Source of the DNA: Hyalangium minutum | GTDB lineage: Bacteria > Myxococcota > Myxococcia > Myxococcales > Myxococcaceae | Direction of reading: 5' to 3' | Assembly: GCF_000737315.1 (NCBI RefSeq) | Contig: NZ_JMCB01000004.1 | Span: forward strand, 20,001-268,000 | DNA length: 248,000 nt | Notes under the pieces: model-generated | Seen by the model: only the letters and a program-made list of their open reading frames with translations | Told to the model about the DNA's origin: nothing | Database searches by the model: none | Shown here: positions 55,401 to 64,303 of the stretch, piece by piece | Position numbering within the stretch: the stretch's first letter is position 1 | Layout: every line of letters starts with the position of its first letter | Made by a program: the position numbers and the translations under genes

Positions 55401-55579
55401 CGCGGCTGCTCGAGAGCGCCCGCTTCGAGGGCCAGTCCTTCCTGCGCAAGGTCTCCCTCTCGCGCCCGCTGGAGGAGCCTCCCGTCGAGGGGTGTGGATG
55501 CTCGGGTGGGGGCTCGGGGCTGGCCGCGTTCGGGCTCGCGAGTCTGGCTGCGGCGTTGCGCAGCCGGCGGGGACGTTGA
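52421..55579 (+). CDS. Surface Ig-domain protein with MYXO-CTERM-like sorting tail
   Basis: C-terminal GCGCSGGGSGLAAFGLASLAAALRSRRGR; paired Cys Ig domains. Confidence 0.7.
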   Translation: MSRTGSTSEQRSPTEWRPRVRLALMAGLLLTVATTASASWTVKDVPGTPNDVEVWDDTRFSVSTSTGAYLYSTDGGTLASLSTGPSTGTYLTGNGCFASFVSNDSVVSPANCAGADNVLGDNRLAGPKVKATETGAFYALVQEPDLGAARVAFGPPGSFEARPWRSYQLFSGTAMALGVAHHGAAEHALAAVSFLRDVNLHWLIDGSPAGTPITPLNDGSFPPKEVQTIDLFPTGRADPTALLGWNNGLYRGELSRGPGANVSFGEVPLPGGPGLVTALDVNTGVGAQHGDGFGMATVRRSGGVALLRTVPTTRPQDIGTQWVASTPVPALSSLLSPRYLECQGAKLCVVAQTTANTGNVFVYINDAPPQLMVGTGQAEPFILPERTSRTVNVSAPDSDGDPVRLEVSPSSVSLPGLTMTPTVVGGGVDLAITAGAVCATISQPLTITATDGLDGHAVVRNYLLQVQHTLQPNAPVITPQEQPGPIPAGSGRRTFKASQTNAGCVIREYRWTPLSPGAPPLELSGADKSTAVFDSPQILCNPLGETHRYLVEAVDEGGLVSQPTDLTLQVLPWGAPSPPLAPNTQVTVVAGDTASGPVWLRPAAPVHPCEGSNGFPGVETVWELADGQPPPPGVRLVTQDGTRITGSRVVTPELGIEADECIDAEFSIDVQHFTAGAPGPASAVSRVLVKVQSHLNPVSEGTVTLTPTLTTAESVAGIAGVTGIQCLDQRTERLQARLTLKQGGMVIREATVPVPGPWQFTLGEACFGATYQLEGELLAGKNSGSGVLPGGPQSVVVREDISVPPVERVTLEPMEAPHLTAQCGQPATGTLEQRPLAPCAELPVSWEQVGGPALTEASFTGQRIDVATQEADFGALIGQQVVMRMRARTMQETSLDQEIPITVEPFVELQRRTERGTGTDTGLVGVSVELRNTTACGVSEVEHWERLEGMDYQPGSARFNGTPVEAELDGDVLKMKGLVLEGGSLGQLTYVVRPRLLESARFEGQSFLRKVSLSRPLEEPPVEGCGCSGGGSGLAAFGLASLAAALRSRRGR

Positions 55580-55609
55580 TCGAGGGCTCCGGCCTCGGAG
55601 CCCGCAGCC

Positions 55610-57289
55610 TCAGAGCCCGAAGGAGATGCGGCGCTTGCTGCTGGACTCCTCGCGCCGCTCCTGGAGGATGCCCATCAGCTCCAGGCCGTGCAGCGTGGCG
55701 AGCGTCTCGCGCTCCGAGAGATCCGTGAGCGTGAGCAGATCCTCGACCGTCTTGGAGCCGTCCGCGTAGGCCAGCAGCATCGCCTGGGGGCCTGTCAGCT
55801 TCAGCTCGTGCAGGGCGTAGGGCGGAGCGGCCGTGGGTGACAGCCGGCGCGGGCGCGGCATCTTCTGCCGCAGGGACACCAGCGTCTCCAGCTTGAGCAC
55901 GCCCTCGAGGATGAGATCGCCCGGGAAGATGGACAGCTTCACCAGCCCCGTGCGCTGCAGCCGCATGGAGCTGAAGCCATAGCCCCCCGAGCTCCACGCG
56001 AAGGTGGACCAGATGATCTCCTTCACCTGCTCCTCGACGAGCTGACGGCGCTTGTCCGCGTCCAGGAGCCCCAGGCGCATCATCGCCTCCCCGGTGCGCA
56101 CGCCCTCCTCCTTCGAGAGCGCCGCCACGGCCTGCAGATCGCTGTCGGAGAGCAAGCCCCGGCGCGCGCAGAAGCGGGCGAAGCGCTCGTTGGCGAGGTT
56201 GGAGGCGGCGTACACGGGCTGGCCCGCTTCGAAGTAGACGACCTTGAGGACCTGTCCCTGCTTGAGCTTCAGCTCCCCGTGGTGGCGCGTCTCGTAGTAC
56301 GCGTTCAGGAGCCGAGGGATCGTGGCCTCCTTGATCTCTCCCTCGAGCGTCCACTCCGGCAGGGCGCGGCGGCCCGCGCGGGCTGGGGCCGGGGCCTCCT
56401 GGCCCTTCTGCTTGGCCCACACCTTCTCGCGCTCACCGAACGGCAGGACCTCCGGCTCGGCGGGGGCTGGCTCGGGCTCGGGTGCGGACTCGGGCTCGGG
56501 TGCGGACGTGGGCTCGGGCGCAGCGGCTGGCTCCGGGGACGCCGAAGCCACCGGGGGCTCGCTGGCAGCGGGGGACTGGGGCTCACCCTGAGTCGAGGAG
56601 GCGGCCTCGGCCAGCTCGGCCAGGAGCGCCTCGTCAGGGCCCAGCGTGGGGAGGGCGACACGGTGGCTGGACTGCTCCTCCTCCTCCTCTTCAGGGAGGA
56701 AGGCGTCCGGAGGCAGGGCGGTCGCGTGAGGCTGGGTCACCTCGTTGTCGGTGACCTCGCGCGGGGGAGGGGGCGGGGACAATGCCGCGGCTGGGAGCAG
56801 GCTCTCCTTCGGGCGCTCGGGCGGGGGCTCGCCCTTGTCCTCATCCTCCGGGAGCAGCTCCATGAGCTCGAGGATGGACTCCTCTTCCTCCTGGGCCTCG
56901 GGCGGGGGAGGGGGCGGGGCTATTGTCCGAGGCAGGCCGCACTTCTGCTCGAGGGCGTCCAGCAGGTCGTCCAGCTTGAAGGGCTTGGAGAAGAAGTCCC
57001 GAGCCCCGTAGACGCTGGTGGCCTCCCGGGCGAGCTTGTCCCCCTTGAACACGCCGCTGATGGCGATGGCGGGGATGCCGTGGGGGATGAGGGCGGTGAG
57101 CAGCTCGGAGCCGCGCATGTCCGGCAGGAGCAGGTCCACCACGGCCGCGTCGTAGGCACGGGGGCGGAGCAGCACGAGCGCTTCCTCCCCCGTGTGGACG
57201 GCCTGGGCCGAGTGGCCTCGGCTCTGGGCGGCCGCCACCATCAGGGAGGCGAGTTCGTGGTTGTCTTCGACGATGAGCAGTCGCGCCAT
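55610..57289 (-). CDS. Response regulator + DUF4388 domain protein
   Basis: N-terminal receiver, acidic/Pro linker, C-terminal DUF4388-like (VVYFEAGQPVYAASN). Confidence 0.8.
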   Translation of the reverse strand: MARLLIVEDNHELASLMVAAAQSRGHSAQAVHTGEEALVLLRPRAYDAAVVDLLLPDMRGSELLTALIPHGIPAIAISGVFKGDKLAREATSVYGARDFFSKPFKLDDLLDALEQKCGLPRTIAPPPPPPEAQEEEESILELMELLPEDEDKGEPPPERPKESLLPAAALSPPPPPREVTDNEVTQPHATALPPDAFLPEEEEEEQSSHRVALPTLGPDEALLAELAEAASSTQGEPQSPAASEPPVASASPEPAAAPEPTSAPEPESAPEPEPAPAEPEVLPFGEREKVWAKQKGQEAPAPARAGRRALPEWTLEGEIKEATIPRLLNAYYETRHHGELKLKQGQVLKVVYFEAGQPVYAASNLANERFARFCARRGLLSDSDLQAVAALSKEEGVRTGEAMMRLGLLDADKRRQLVEEQVKEIIWSTFAWSSGGYGFSSMRLQRTGLVKLSIFPGDLILEGVLKLETLVSLRQKMPRPRRLSPTAAPPYALHELKLTGPQAMLLAYADGSKTVEDLLTLTDLSERETLATLHGLELMGILQERREESSSKRRISFGL

Positions 57290-57317
57290 GGGGGCCTGCC
57301 ACCATACCATTCAGCTC

Positions 57318-57704
57318 ATGGACGTTCAGGGCTTCCACCATGTGGCCATTCAGGCGAGAGATGTGGAGCGGGTGACCGCCTTCTACCGGGACCTGTTAGG
57401 GCTCCCGGAGCTGACCCGGCACCACCGCCCGGACGGCTCCCTGCGGAGCATCTGGGTAGGTGTCCCCGGAGGTGGGTTTCTGGCCATCGAGGCCGTGTCC
57501 GGGGAGCCCGAGCCACTTCCCTTCCGCCACGAGCGGCCCGGCTACCTGCTGCTGGCCTTCCGCATCCCCCGGGCCTCCCGGGGGGTGACGGTGGAGGCGC
57601 TCCTCCGCGCGGGGGTGCCCCTGGAGCACGAGACGCGCTGGACCGTGTACGTCCGGGACCCGGAGGGCAACCGGGTGGCCCTCAGCCATCACCCGGAGGA
57701 CTGA
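57318..57704 (+). CDS. VOC/glyoxalase family protein
   Basis: FHHVAI...FYRDLLG...YVRDPEGNRV. Confidence 0.88.
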   Translation: MDVQGFHHVAIQARDVERVTAFYRDLLGLPELTRHHRPDGSLRSIWVGVPGGGFLAIEAVSGEPEPLPFRHERPGYLLLAFRIPRASRGVTVEALLRAGVPLEHETRWTVYVRDPEGNRVALSHHPED

Positions 57705-57767
57705 CCGGGTACAACCGTCAGGGGTCGCCTTGCGAAAGGCGGACCCCCTAGGTATCAAGCGAGCCAC

Positions 57768-59531
57768 ATGCGCCTTGGGGAACTGCTCATCCAAGAGAAG
57801 CTCATCACGCCCCAGGCCCTGGAGGAGGCCCTGGAGGCGCAGGTCGTCCATGGCGGGCGCCTGGGGACGAACCTGCTGGAGCTCGGGTTCATCTCGGAGA
57901 AGGACCTGGCGCGCATGCTGGGGCAGCTGCACGGGTGTGCGCACTCCTCGGGGACGATGACCCCGGATGCCCAGGCGCTGGCCCTGGTGGACCTCAACGA
58001 CGCGGACAACAAGGACTACCTGCCCATGCGGGCGGACGCGACGCGGCTGAGCCTGGCGGTCATCAACCCCCGGGACTTCGCGACGCTGGATGCGTTGGCG
58101 TTCAAGACGGGCAAGCGGGTGGTGCCCGTGGTCATCCCCGAGTTCCGGATGAACCAGTTGCTGCGCCGCTACTGCAAGGCGTTCCGGCCGCTGCGAGCCA
58201 TCGACATGAACGCCATCCGGCCGCCCAAGGCGGCGCAGGAGGCGGCGGCGGGCGCTCAGGCCAAGGCCAATAAGACGGCGGAGCTCATCAGCGAGGATGA
58301 GTTCCAGTCCGTCTACGCCCAGGCGCTCACGGGCGGCGCTCGCTCCGAATTCATCAACGAGCTGCTCGAGGAGGAAGAGGAGGTCATCACCGGCGAGGAG
58401 GTTGTCGCCGAAGAGGAAGAGGTCATCACCGGAGAGGTACTGGAGGAGCCCGCGCCCGCGCCTGCGGCACCCGAAGAGGTGTACGCGTCGCTGCCGCCCG
58501 CTCCGCCCGAGCGGCCGACGCTTCCCATGTGGACGCTCCCGGCCGTCATGCCTTCACTGGAGCCGGCACCTGCCCCGAGCAAGCCCCCGGTTCCGGACTA
58601 CCCGATGCCTCCGGTGGCGCCCCCTGTGGCCGCTCCGGTGGCTCCTCCCGTGGCCTCTCCCGTGGCGCCGTTCCGGCCCGTGCCCTCGGAGCCTTCGCCT
58701 CCCGTGCCGGACATCCCGTTCATCCCAGCGCACGTTCCCACGCCCGCGGAGACGCCCGCGCGCCGCCCCACAGCGGCCTTCATCCCGGTTCCCTCGGACG
58801 CTGCCGCGCCGCGCGCCGCGCCGCCGGTGGGAGCGCTGCCTCCCGTGGCGCCGATCGTTCCGCCCGTGGCTCGGCCCACGATTCCTCCTGTCCCCACTCA
58901 GGCCAAGGCTCCGCCCGTCGCGGCCAGCCCGGGTGTCGCCGCGCCTGCGAAGCCGGGTGTCGCCGCGCCAGGGAAGACGGTGACTCGGCGTCCTGCCGCG
59001 CTCTCGGCCAAGCCGCCGCCTCCGAAGCCGCTCAACTTCGCGGAGGCCCAGGCACAGCTCTCGCAGAGCTCGGACCGCGAGGACGTGGCGACGACGGTGC
59101 TGCGCTATGCCGTGGGCCGGTGGCGGCGGTGCCTGCTGCTGTCGGTGCAGGGCAGCCTGGTGACGGGCTGGCACGGCATGGGCCGAGGCGTCCGGGACGC
59201 CGCGATCCGCCGCATTGGCGTGGCGCTGCGCGAGGGCAACACCTTCCGGCTGGTGCGGGACACGCGCTCGCACTACATCGGGCCGGTCCGCCGGGACACG
59301 GCGATGAACGTCTTCTACCGGCTGCTCGGCGCGGACAAGCGGCCGGAGCCGCCGTTCCCGAAGACGTCCGTGATCCTCCCGCTGCTCGTGCGGGGCAAGG
59401 TCGTCCACCTGCTGTACCTTGACAACGGTCCAGACCAGCTCACCACGCCCGATGTGGGCGAGCTGCTCATCCTGGCGCAGAGCGTGGCCCGCTCGTACGA
59501 GGCCATGATCCGGCGCCGCAAGAGCGCCTGA
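57768..59531 (+). CDS. MshEN (T2SSE_N) domain protein with Pro-rich linker and GAF-like C-terminus
   Basis: RLGELLIQ... and RLGTNLLELGFI repeats. Confidence 0.8.
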   Translation: MRLGELLIQEKLITPQALEEALEAQVVHGGRLGTNLLELGFISEKDLARMLGQLHGCAHSSGTMTPDAQALALVDLNDADNKDYLPMRADATRLSLAVINPRDFATLDALAFKTGKRVVPVVIPEFRMNQLLRRYCKAFRPLRAIDMNAIRPPKAAQEAAAGAQAKANKTAELISEDEFQSVYAQALTGGARSEFINELLEEEEEVITGEEVVAEEEEVITGEVLEEPAPAPAAPEEVYASLPPAPPERPTLPMWTLPAVMPSLEPAPAPSKPPVPDYPMPPVAPPVAAPVAPPVASPVAPFRPVPSEPSPPVPDIPFIPAHVPTPAETPARRPTAAFIPVPSDAAAPRAAPPVGALPPVAPIVPPVARPTIPPVPTQAKAPPVAASPGVAAPAKPGVAAPGKTVTRRPAALSAKPPPPKPLNFAEAQAQLSQSSDREDVATTVLRYAVGRWRRCLLLSVQGSLVTGWHGMGRGVRDAAIRRIGVALREGNTFRLVRDTRSHYIGPVRRDTAMNVFYRLLGADKRPEPPFPKTSVILPLLVRGKVVHLLYLDNGPDQLTTPDVGELLILAQSVARSYEAMIRRRKSA

Positions 59532-59560
59532 GCCAGCGAAACGGTCCTCTCCGGCCGCGC

Positions 59561-59805
59561 CTTATCCGAACCGGTCTGGTTGTTGGACAGGTTGGGCCAC
59601 GGAAAGGTGGGACGGGTGCCCCTGGGCACACTCTGTCCAGACCGGTCTGGCTGTCAGACAGGTTGGCGCGGAGCGGGTGGGGTGAGCGTCCTCCGGCCGT
59701 GCTTTGCCCGAACTGGTCTGGCTGTCAGACCAGTTGTTGCGCAGCGCGGGGGAGGGGCTCCCCGGAGGCGCCCTGTCCGGACCGGTCTGGTTGTCAGACC
59801 CGTTT
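59561..59805. repeat. Four ~35-bp palindromic intergenic repeats at ~70-bp period
   Basis: Core ACCGGTCTGGYTGTCAGAC at ~59570, 59641, 59711, 59781; unique intervening sequences. Confidence 0.8.
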
Positions 59806-59841
59806 GTAAGCAGTGCCGCCGGGAGGGGCTGACCGGCGCCG

Positions 59842-61767
59842 CTACTCGCCTTCTTCCTGGTCCTCGAAGTCGACGCTGAAGTTCACGCGCTGGGTGGGTT
59901 CGACCACGAAGGACTTCTGCCAGCGCGCGCCGTTCACGATGACCACGAGCCGGTGCGCGCCCTCGTAGAGATCCAGCTCTTCCACGGGGGCCTTGCCCAC
60001 GTTGCGCCCGTCCACCTGAACCACGGCGCCCTCGGGGGCATGCACGTTGACGAAGCCCTTGTTCAGGTAGATGCGGACGGTGGTGCGGCCCTCGGGCCCC
60101 ACGGTCACCGTGCGCGAGGTCTGGATGCCCAGTGCCGAGTTGCTCAGCGACAGCAGGTACCGTCCCGGCGTCAGAGGCGCGATCACCGGAGTGCGCCCCA
60201 GCGGTCCACCATCCGGGAGGAAGGCGTCCACGCGCGGGTCCACGATCAGCTCCAGCGTGGGCTCGACCCCGGCATCCACGCCGCCATCCGTGCCTCCGTC
60301 AGCACCCAGCTCAGGCACTCCCGCATCCGCGGGCACGCCGCCATCCGCGAACGCCATCGGGTCCGTGGAAGGGGGCACGATCTGCGAGGGATCGGCGTTC
60401 AGCAGATCTCCCAGGCCCGGGATGTTCAGCGGGATCCTGTCTCGCGCGACGACCACGGCCGCCGCCACCGAGATCAGCATCAGCGATGCGATCACGGCCA
60501 CTACCGGGAATCGCGAGCCGGAGCCCTTCGCCGCCGGAGGTGGTGGCACGGGCGCCACGGGTCCAGCCGGCGCAGCCACGGGCGGCTGAGGCGTGGGAGC
60601 GGACGCTGCGGCAGGTGGGGGCACCGCGGCAGGAGCCGGCGGCGCGGAGGGGGTGGCGGGAGGCGTCGCGGGACGCGCAGTCGCGGAGTTCCCAGCCGGA
60701 GGAGGCGCGGCCGGGGCTTGTGGCTTGGGCGTGCTGGCCGGAGGCTGCGACGGAGCCTTGGCCACCGGCGCCGGGGCCGGAGCGGCAGGAGCCACGGTGG
60801 GCGCGGAGCCCGTCGCGGGCTTCAACGCACCCGAGTGCTTGATCGCCTCCGCGATCCCGAACTCGAGCACCTTGCTCCGCGCCGAGCGGGCCTCGTCGTT
60901 CACCGGGAAGAGCCGGTTCATGAACGTCATCAAGACGTCCTGAGGCGGCAGGTCGCCCATGGCCTCGACAATGGCCTCGCGCAGGGCGAGCGCCGAGGGG
61001 TAGCGCTCATTGGCGCGCTTGGCAGTGGCCTTGTGCACCACCGCATCCAGCCCGCGCGGGACATTCAGCGGCAGCGAGGGCAGCGCCTCCGTCAGCGTCG
61101 CCGTGTCCGCGTCCTTCGCGTCCTTGAAGGGGATCTTCCCCGTGAGCAGCTCGTACAGCGTGAGCCCCAGCAGGAAGACGTCCGTCTGCACATTGACGGC
61201 ATCGCGGCCGCCGAGCAGCTGCTCGGGAGCGCTGTACTTGCGCCGGTTGCGCACACGGCGGCCCCCGCGCTCGCGAGGCGCCACACCCAGCGCGCCGTAG
61301 CCCGTCACCTTGCACACGCCCGTGAACGAGATGATCAGAGTCTCCGGACGCACGTCTCCGTGCACCAGCGGCGTACCGTCATCGTTGCCGGCCATGTGCG
61401 CGTAGTGGATGCCCACGGCCGCGTCCGCCACGATCTTCGCGGCGAGCGGGGGCGGAATCTTCGGCGTCACCTCCATCACCCGGCGCAAAGTCTCGCCGTC
61501 GGCGTACTCGGTGACGCGCGCCAGGCCCTGATCCAGCTGCGTCAGGCCATGCACTTTCAGGATGTGAGGGTGATCGAAGACGACCGCGCGGTTCGTCTCT
61601 CTTCGCAGCTTGTCGATCAGCTCGGGATCCTGAGCCACTTCCTGCGGCGCCCAGATGAGCACCACGGGAGTTGGAGCAGCGCCCTCTTCGAGGGCCAACC
61701 CCAAGAAGGCCCGAGAACCCTCGCCCGACAGCAGAGGGCCCAGCGGTTGATAGCGAACCTGGCTCAT
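59842..61767 (-). CDS. Ser/Thr pseudokinase with TM and PEGA-like C-terminal domain
   Basis: Kinase fold, but VAIK Lys absent (VVLIW), HGD, and GYG in place of DFG. Confidence 0.8.
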   Translation of the reverse strand: MSQVRYQPLGPLLSGEGSRAFLGLALEEGAAPTPVVLIWAPQEVAQDPELIDKLRRETNRAVVFDHPHILKVHGLTQLDQGLARVTEYADGETLRRVMEVTPKIPPPLAAKIVADAAVGIHYAHMAGNDDGTPLVHGDVRPETLIISFTGVCKVTGYGALGVAPRERGGRRVRNRRKYSAPEQLLGGRDAVNVQTDVFLLGLTLYELLTGKIPFKDAKDADTATLTEALPSLPLNVPRGLDAVVHKATAKRANERYPSALALREAIVEAMGDLPPQDVLMTFMNRLFPVNDEARSARSKVLEFGIAEAIKHSGALKPATGSAPTVAPAAPAPAPVAKAPSQPPASTPKPQAPAAPPPAGNSATARPATPPATPSAPPAPAAVPPPAAASAPTPQPPVAAPAGPVAPVPPPPAAKGSGSRFPVVAVIASLMLISVAAAVVVARDRIPLNIPGLGDLLNADPSQIVPPSTDPMAFADGGVPADAGVPELGADGGTDGGVDAGVEPTLELIVDPRVDAFLPDGGPLGRTPVIAPLTPGRYLLSLSNSALGIQTSRTVTVGPEGRTTVRIYLNKGFVNVHAPEGAVVQVDGRNVGKAPVEELDLYEGAHRLVVIVNGARWQKSFVVEPTQRVNFSVDFEDQEEGE

Positions 61768-61779
61768 GTGGTGATCATG

Positions 61780-63108
61780 CTAAAGGCGTTGGCCTTGGAA
61801 CGGGAGGGTGATGTGATACCCATACCGCCCTCGGCGTACGAGCAACAAGACGCTACGCCCCCGTCTCGCCGTCAGCAGGGCCTCTCGGAAGCTCTCCGAG
61901 TCAGGGGTTGGCTGGTTGTTTACCCTCAGCACCACGTCCCCTAGCTCCAACCCTACTTCCTGGGCTACGGAGCCCGGCCGCACGCCCGAGACGGTCAACC
62001 CGCCCCGGGCCTCTTTCATTTTCAGTCCCAACCTTTCCCAGGCCAGGGACTCGACCAGCCGAGGGGGAAACTCCACGGGCGTCACCTGGAGTGTGCGCAG
62101 GTTTCCATCCCGGAAGAGCACCAGTGGGAATGGAGAGCGGGCCGGGTAGCCACGCGCGCGCGTGTCGAAGTCCTCCGAGTCATTGATGCGCGAGCCGCCC
62201 ATCTCCGCCACCACGTCCCCTCGGCGGACTCCTGCCTGCTCGGCCGGGCTGCCAGGCTCTACGTTGTCCACCAGGGCCCCGTACGAGCGATCCCAGCCCA
62301 GCTGCGAGGCGACTTGCACCGGCAGATCCACCGTGTCGATGCCCACCCACGCCGGGCGCACCTTCCCGAAGCGGGTCAGCTCGTCGACGATGCGCCGCAC
62401 CTTGTCCGCGGGGATCGCGAAGCCAATGCCTTGCCCACCCGCGAAGATCGCCGTGTTGATGCCGATGATCTCGCTGTCCACGTTGAGCAGCGGGCCGCCC
62501 GAGTTGCCCGGGTTGATCGCCGCGTCCGTCTGCAAGAAGTCGTTGTAGACGGTGCCGTCCTCGGCGCGGAACGTGCGCCCCGTGGCGGACACCACGCCCG
62601 CTGTCACCGTCTTCGCCAGGCCAAACGGGCTGCCAATGGCAATCACCGTCTCGCCGATCATCAGATCCGCGCTCGTGCCCAGCTTTGCCGTGGGCAGCGG
62701 CTGCTTGGCGCTCACGCGCAGCACCGCCAGATCGTTCGTCGAGTCGCTGCCCAGCACCTCCGCCTCTAGCGTGCGCCCATCCGCCAGCACCACGTGGATC
62801 GCCGAGGCCCCGCGAATCACATGATCATTCGTGACGATGATGCCCGAGGCGTCGATGATCGCCCCGCTGCCCAGCCCCTGCACCCGCCGCCGCTGCTCGC
62901 GGCCGCCTCCGAAGAAGTCCTCCATGAACGAGCGCCGGCCCCGGAAGCGAGACTCCACGTCCTGCTCCGTGCCGATGTAGACGACCGCGGGAGAGACTTT
63001 CTGGACCACCTCGACGATGGCGTCACGGCGCCGGGCCATGTCCGCTTGCGCGCTGGAGGCCACCATCAACGTCATCAGCAACCACCACTTCATACCTGCG
63101 AGCCTCAT
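61780..63108 (-). CDS. HtrA/DegQ trypsin-like protease with two PDZ domains
   Basis: VTNDHV, DLAVL, INPGNSGGPL. Confidence 0.93.
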   Translation of the reverse strand: MRLAGMKWWLLMTLMVASSAQADMARRRDAIVEVVQKVSPAVVYIGTEQDVESRFRGRRSFMEDFFGGGREQRRRVQGLGSGAIIDASGIIVTNDHVIRGASAIHVVLADGRTLEAEVLGSDSTNDLAVLRVSAKQPLPTAKLGTSADLMIGETVIAIGSPFGLAKTVTAGVVSATGRTFRAEDGTVYNDFLQTDAAINPGNSGGPLLNVDSEIIGINTAIFAGGQGIGFAIPADKVRRIVDELTRFGKVRPAWVGIDTVDLPVQVASQLGWDRSYGALVDNVEPGSPAEQAGVRRGDVVAEMGGSRINDSEDFDTRARGYPARSPFPLVLFRDGNLRTLQVTPVEFPPRLVESLAWERLGLKMKEARGGLTVSGVRPGSVAQEVGLELGDVVLRVNNQPTPDSESFREALLTARRGRSVLLLVRRGRYGYHITLPFQGQRL

Positions 63109-63280
63109 TCCATACCTTCCTTGACACCTCAGGTGTCGAGCGAGCGACGGCAGGACTGTCGGGAACTCCGCAGCATTCCCGGCACCGTCTGGATGCGGTG
63201 TGCGGCTCTTTAATAGATCAAGTGGGTCGGCCAGGGGTGGCTCGAAGGGCTTGTTCCCCTGGCGTCGAGGAGTGCGAGTC

Positions 63281-64303
63281 ATGAGTCTCGTGCTGGTGGC
63301 GGACGATGAGCCAGCGGTGCTCGAGGTATTGAGCCAGGTGGTCGAAGATCTGGGGCACGACGTGCTCCTGGCGCGGGATGGAGAGGAGGCCTTCGGGCTG
63401 GCACGCGCCAAGCGGCCGCAGCTCGTGGTGACGGACCACATGATGCCGCGGCTGAGCGGGCTGGAGCTGTGCCGCAAGCTGAAGGGCGATCAGGCCCTCA
63501 AGGACGTGCCCGTCATTCTCTTGAGCGCGGTGCTGCCCCAGGGCGTGCCGGAGGCCGCGGCCTTCCTGCACAAGCCCTTCGAGATTACGGACTTCGAGGC
63601 GGTCATCCGCCAGTCGCTGGGGCACGTGCCGGAGCAGCGCCTGTCTCCGGATGCTCCGCCGGTGGAGGCGCTGGGGCACTGGATGGCGCACACGCTCCAG
63701 GGGCCGCTGGCGGCGGCGCGCGAGCAGCTGCAGCGGCTGCAGGTGGCGCCCATGGTGGATCAGCAGGTGGTGGAGGCGCTGGGCACGCACCTGCGTTACA
63801 TGGAGTTCCTGAGCCGGAGCCTCCAGGAGGCCGCGCGGCTAACGGCCGGGAGCGTGACGCTGCACCCGGTCTCCGGTGATCTTTCGCAGCACCTGCGGCG
63901 CGTCGTGGAGGCGTGGCAGGCGCAGGCGCCCGCAGTGCCCATCCAGCTCCAGGGGCCCGGAGAGCCGGTGGAACTGCGCTTCGATCCTGAGCGCATCCGC
64001 CAAGTGTTCGACGGGCTGCTGGCGAACGCGGTGCACCATGGGGGGGGCCGCGGGGCGGTGAGAGTGGAGCTGACCGCCTCGCAGTCGCTGGTGACGGTGC
64101 GGGTGCGGGACGAGGGCCCGGGTCTCACGGACCACGAGCTGCCCCGGCTGTTCACGCCGTTCCAGGTGCGGACGGACGATGGCGGCACGGGGCTGGGGCT
64201 CTACATCGCCTCGGAGCTGGCGAGGCTGCACGGCGGGGCGCTGTCGGTGGAGACCCAGTTGAACAAGGGCTCCACGTTCAGCCTGCTGCTGCCGCGCGGC
64301 TGA
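63281..64303 (+). CDS. Receiver-histidine kinase hybrid
   Basis: Receiver then HATPase (DEGPG, GGTGLGL). Confidence 0.85.
   Translation: MSLVLVADDEPAVLEVLSQVVEDLGHDVLLARDGEEAFGLARAKRPQLVVTDHMMPRLSGLELCRKLKGDQALKDVPVILLSAVLPQGVPEAAAFLHKPFEITDFEAVIRQSLGHVPEQRLSPDAPPVEALGHWMAHTLQGPLAAAREQLQRLQVAPMVDQQVVEALGTHLRYMEFLSRSLQEAARLTAGSVTLHPVSGDLSQHLRRVVEAWQAQAPAVPIQLQGPGEPVELRFDPERIRQVFDGLLANAVHHGGGRGAVRVELTASQSLVTVRVRDEGPGLTDHELPRLFTPFQVRTDDGGTGLGLYIASELARLHGGALSVETQLNKGSTFSLLLPRG

Noticed and set aside
59561-59805. Calling the periodic repeat a CRISPR array
   Set aside because: Only four degenerate repeats, no cas genes or AT-rich leader in the window; kept as a repeat of unknown type
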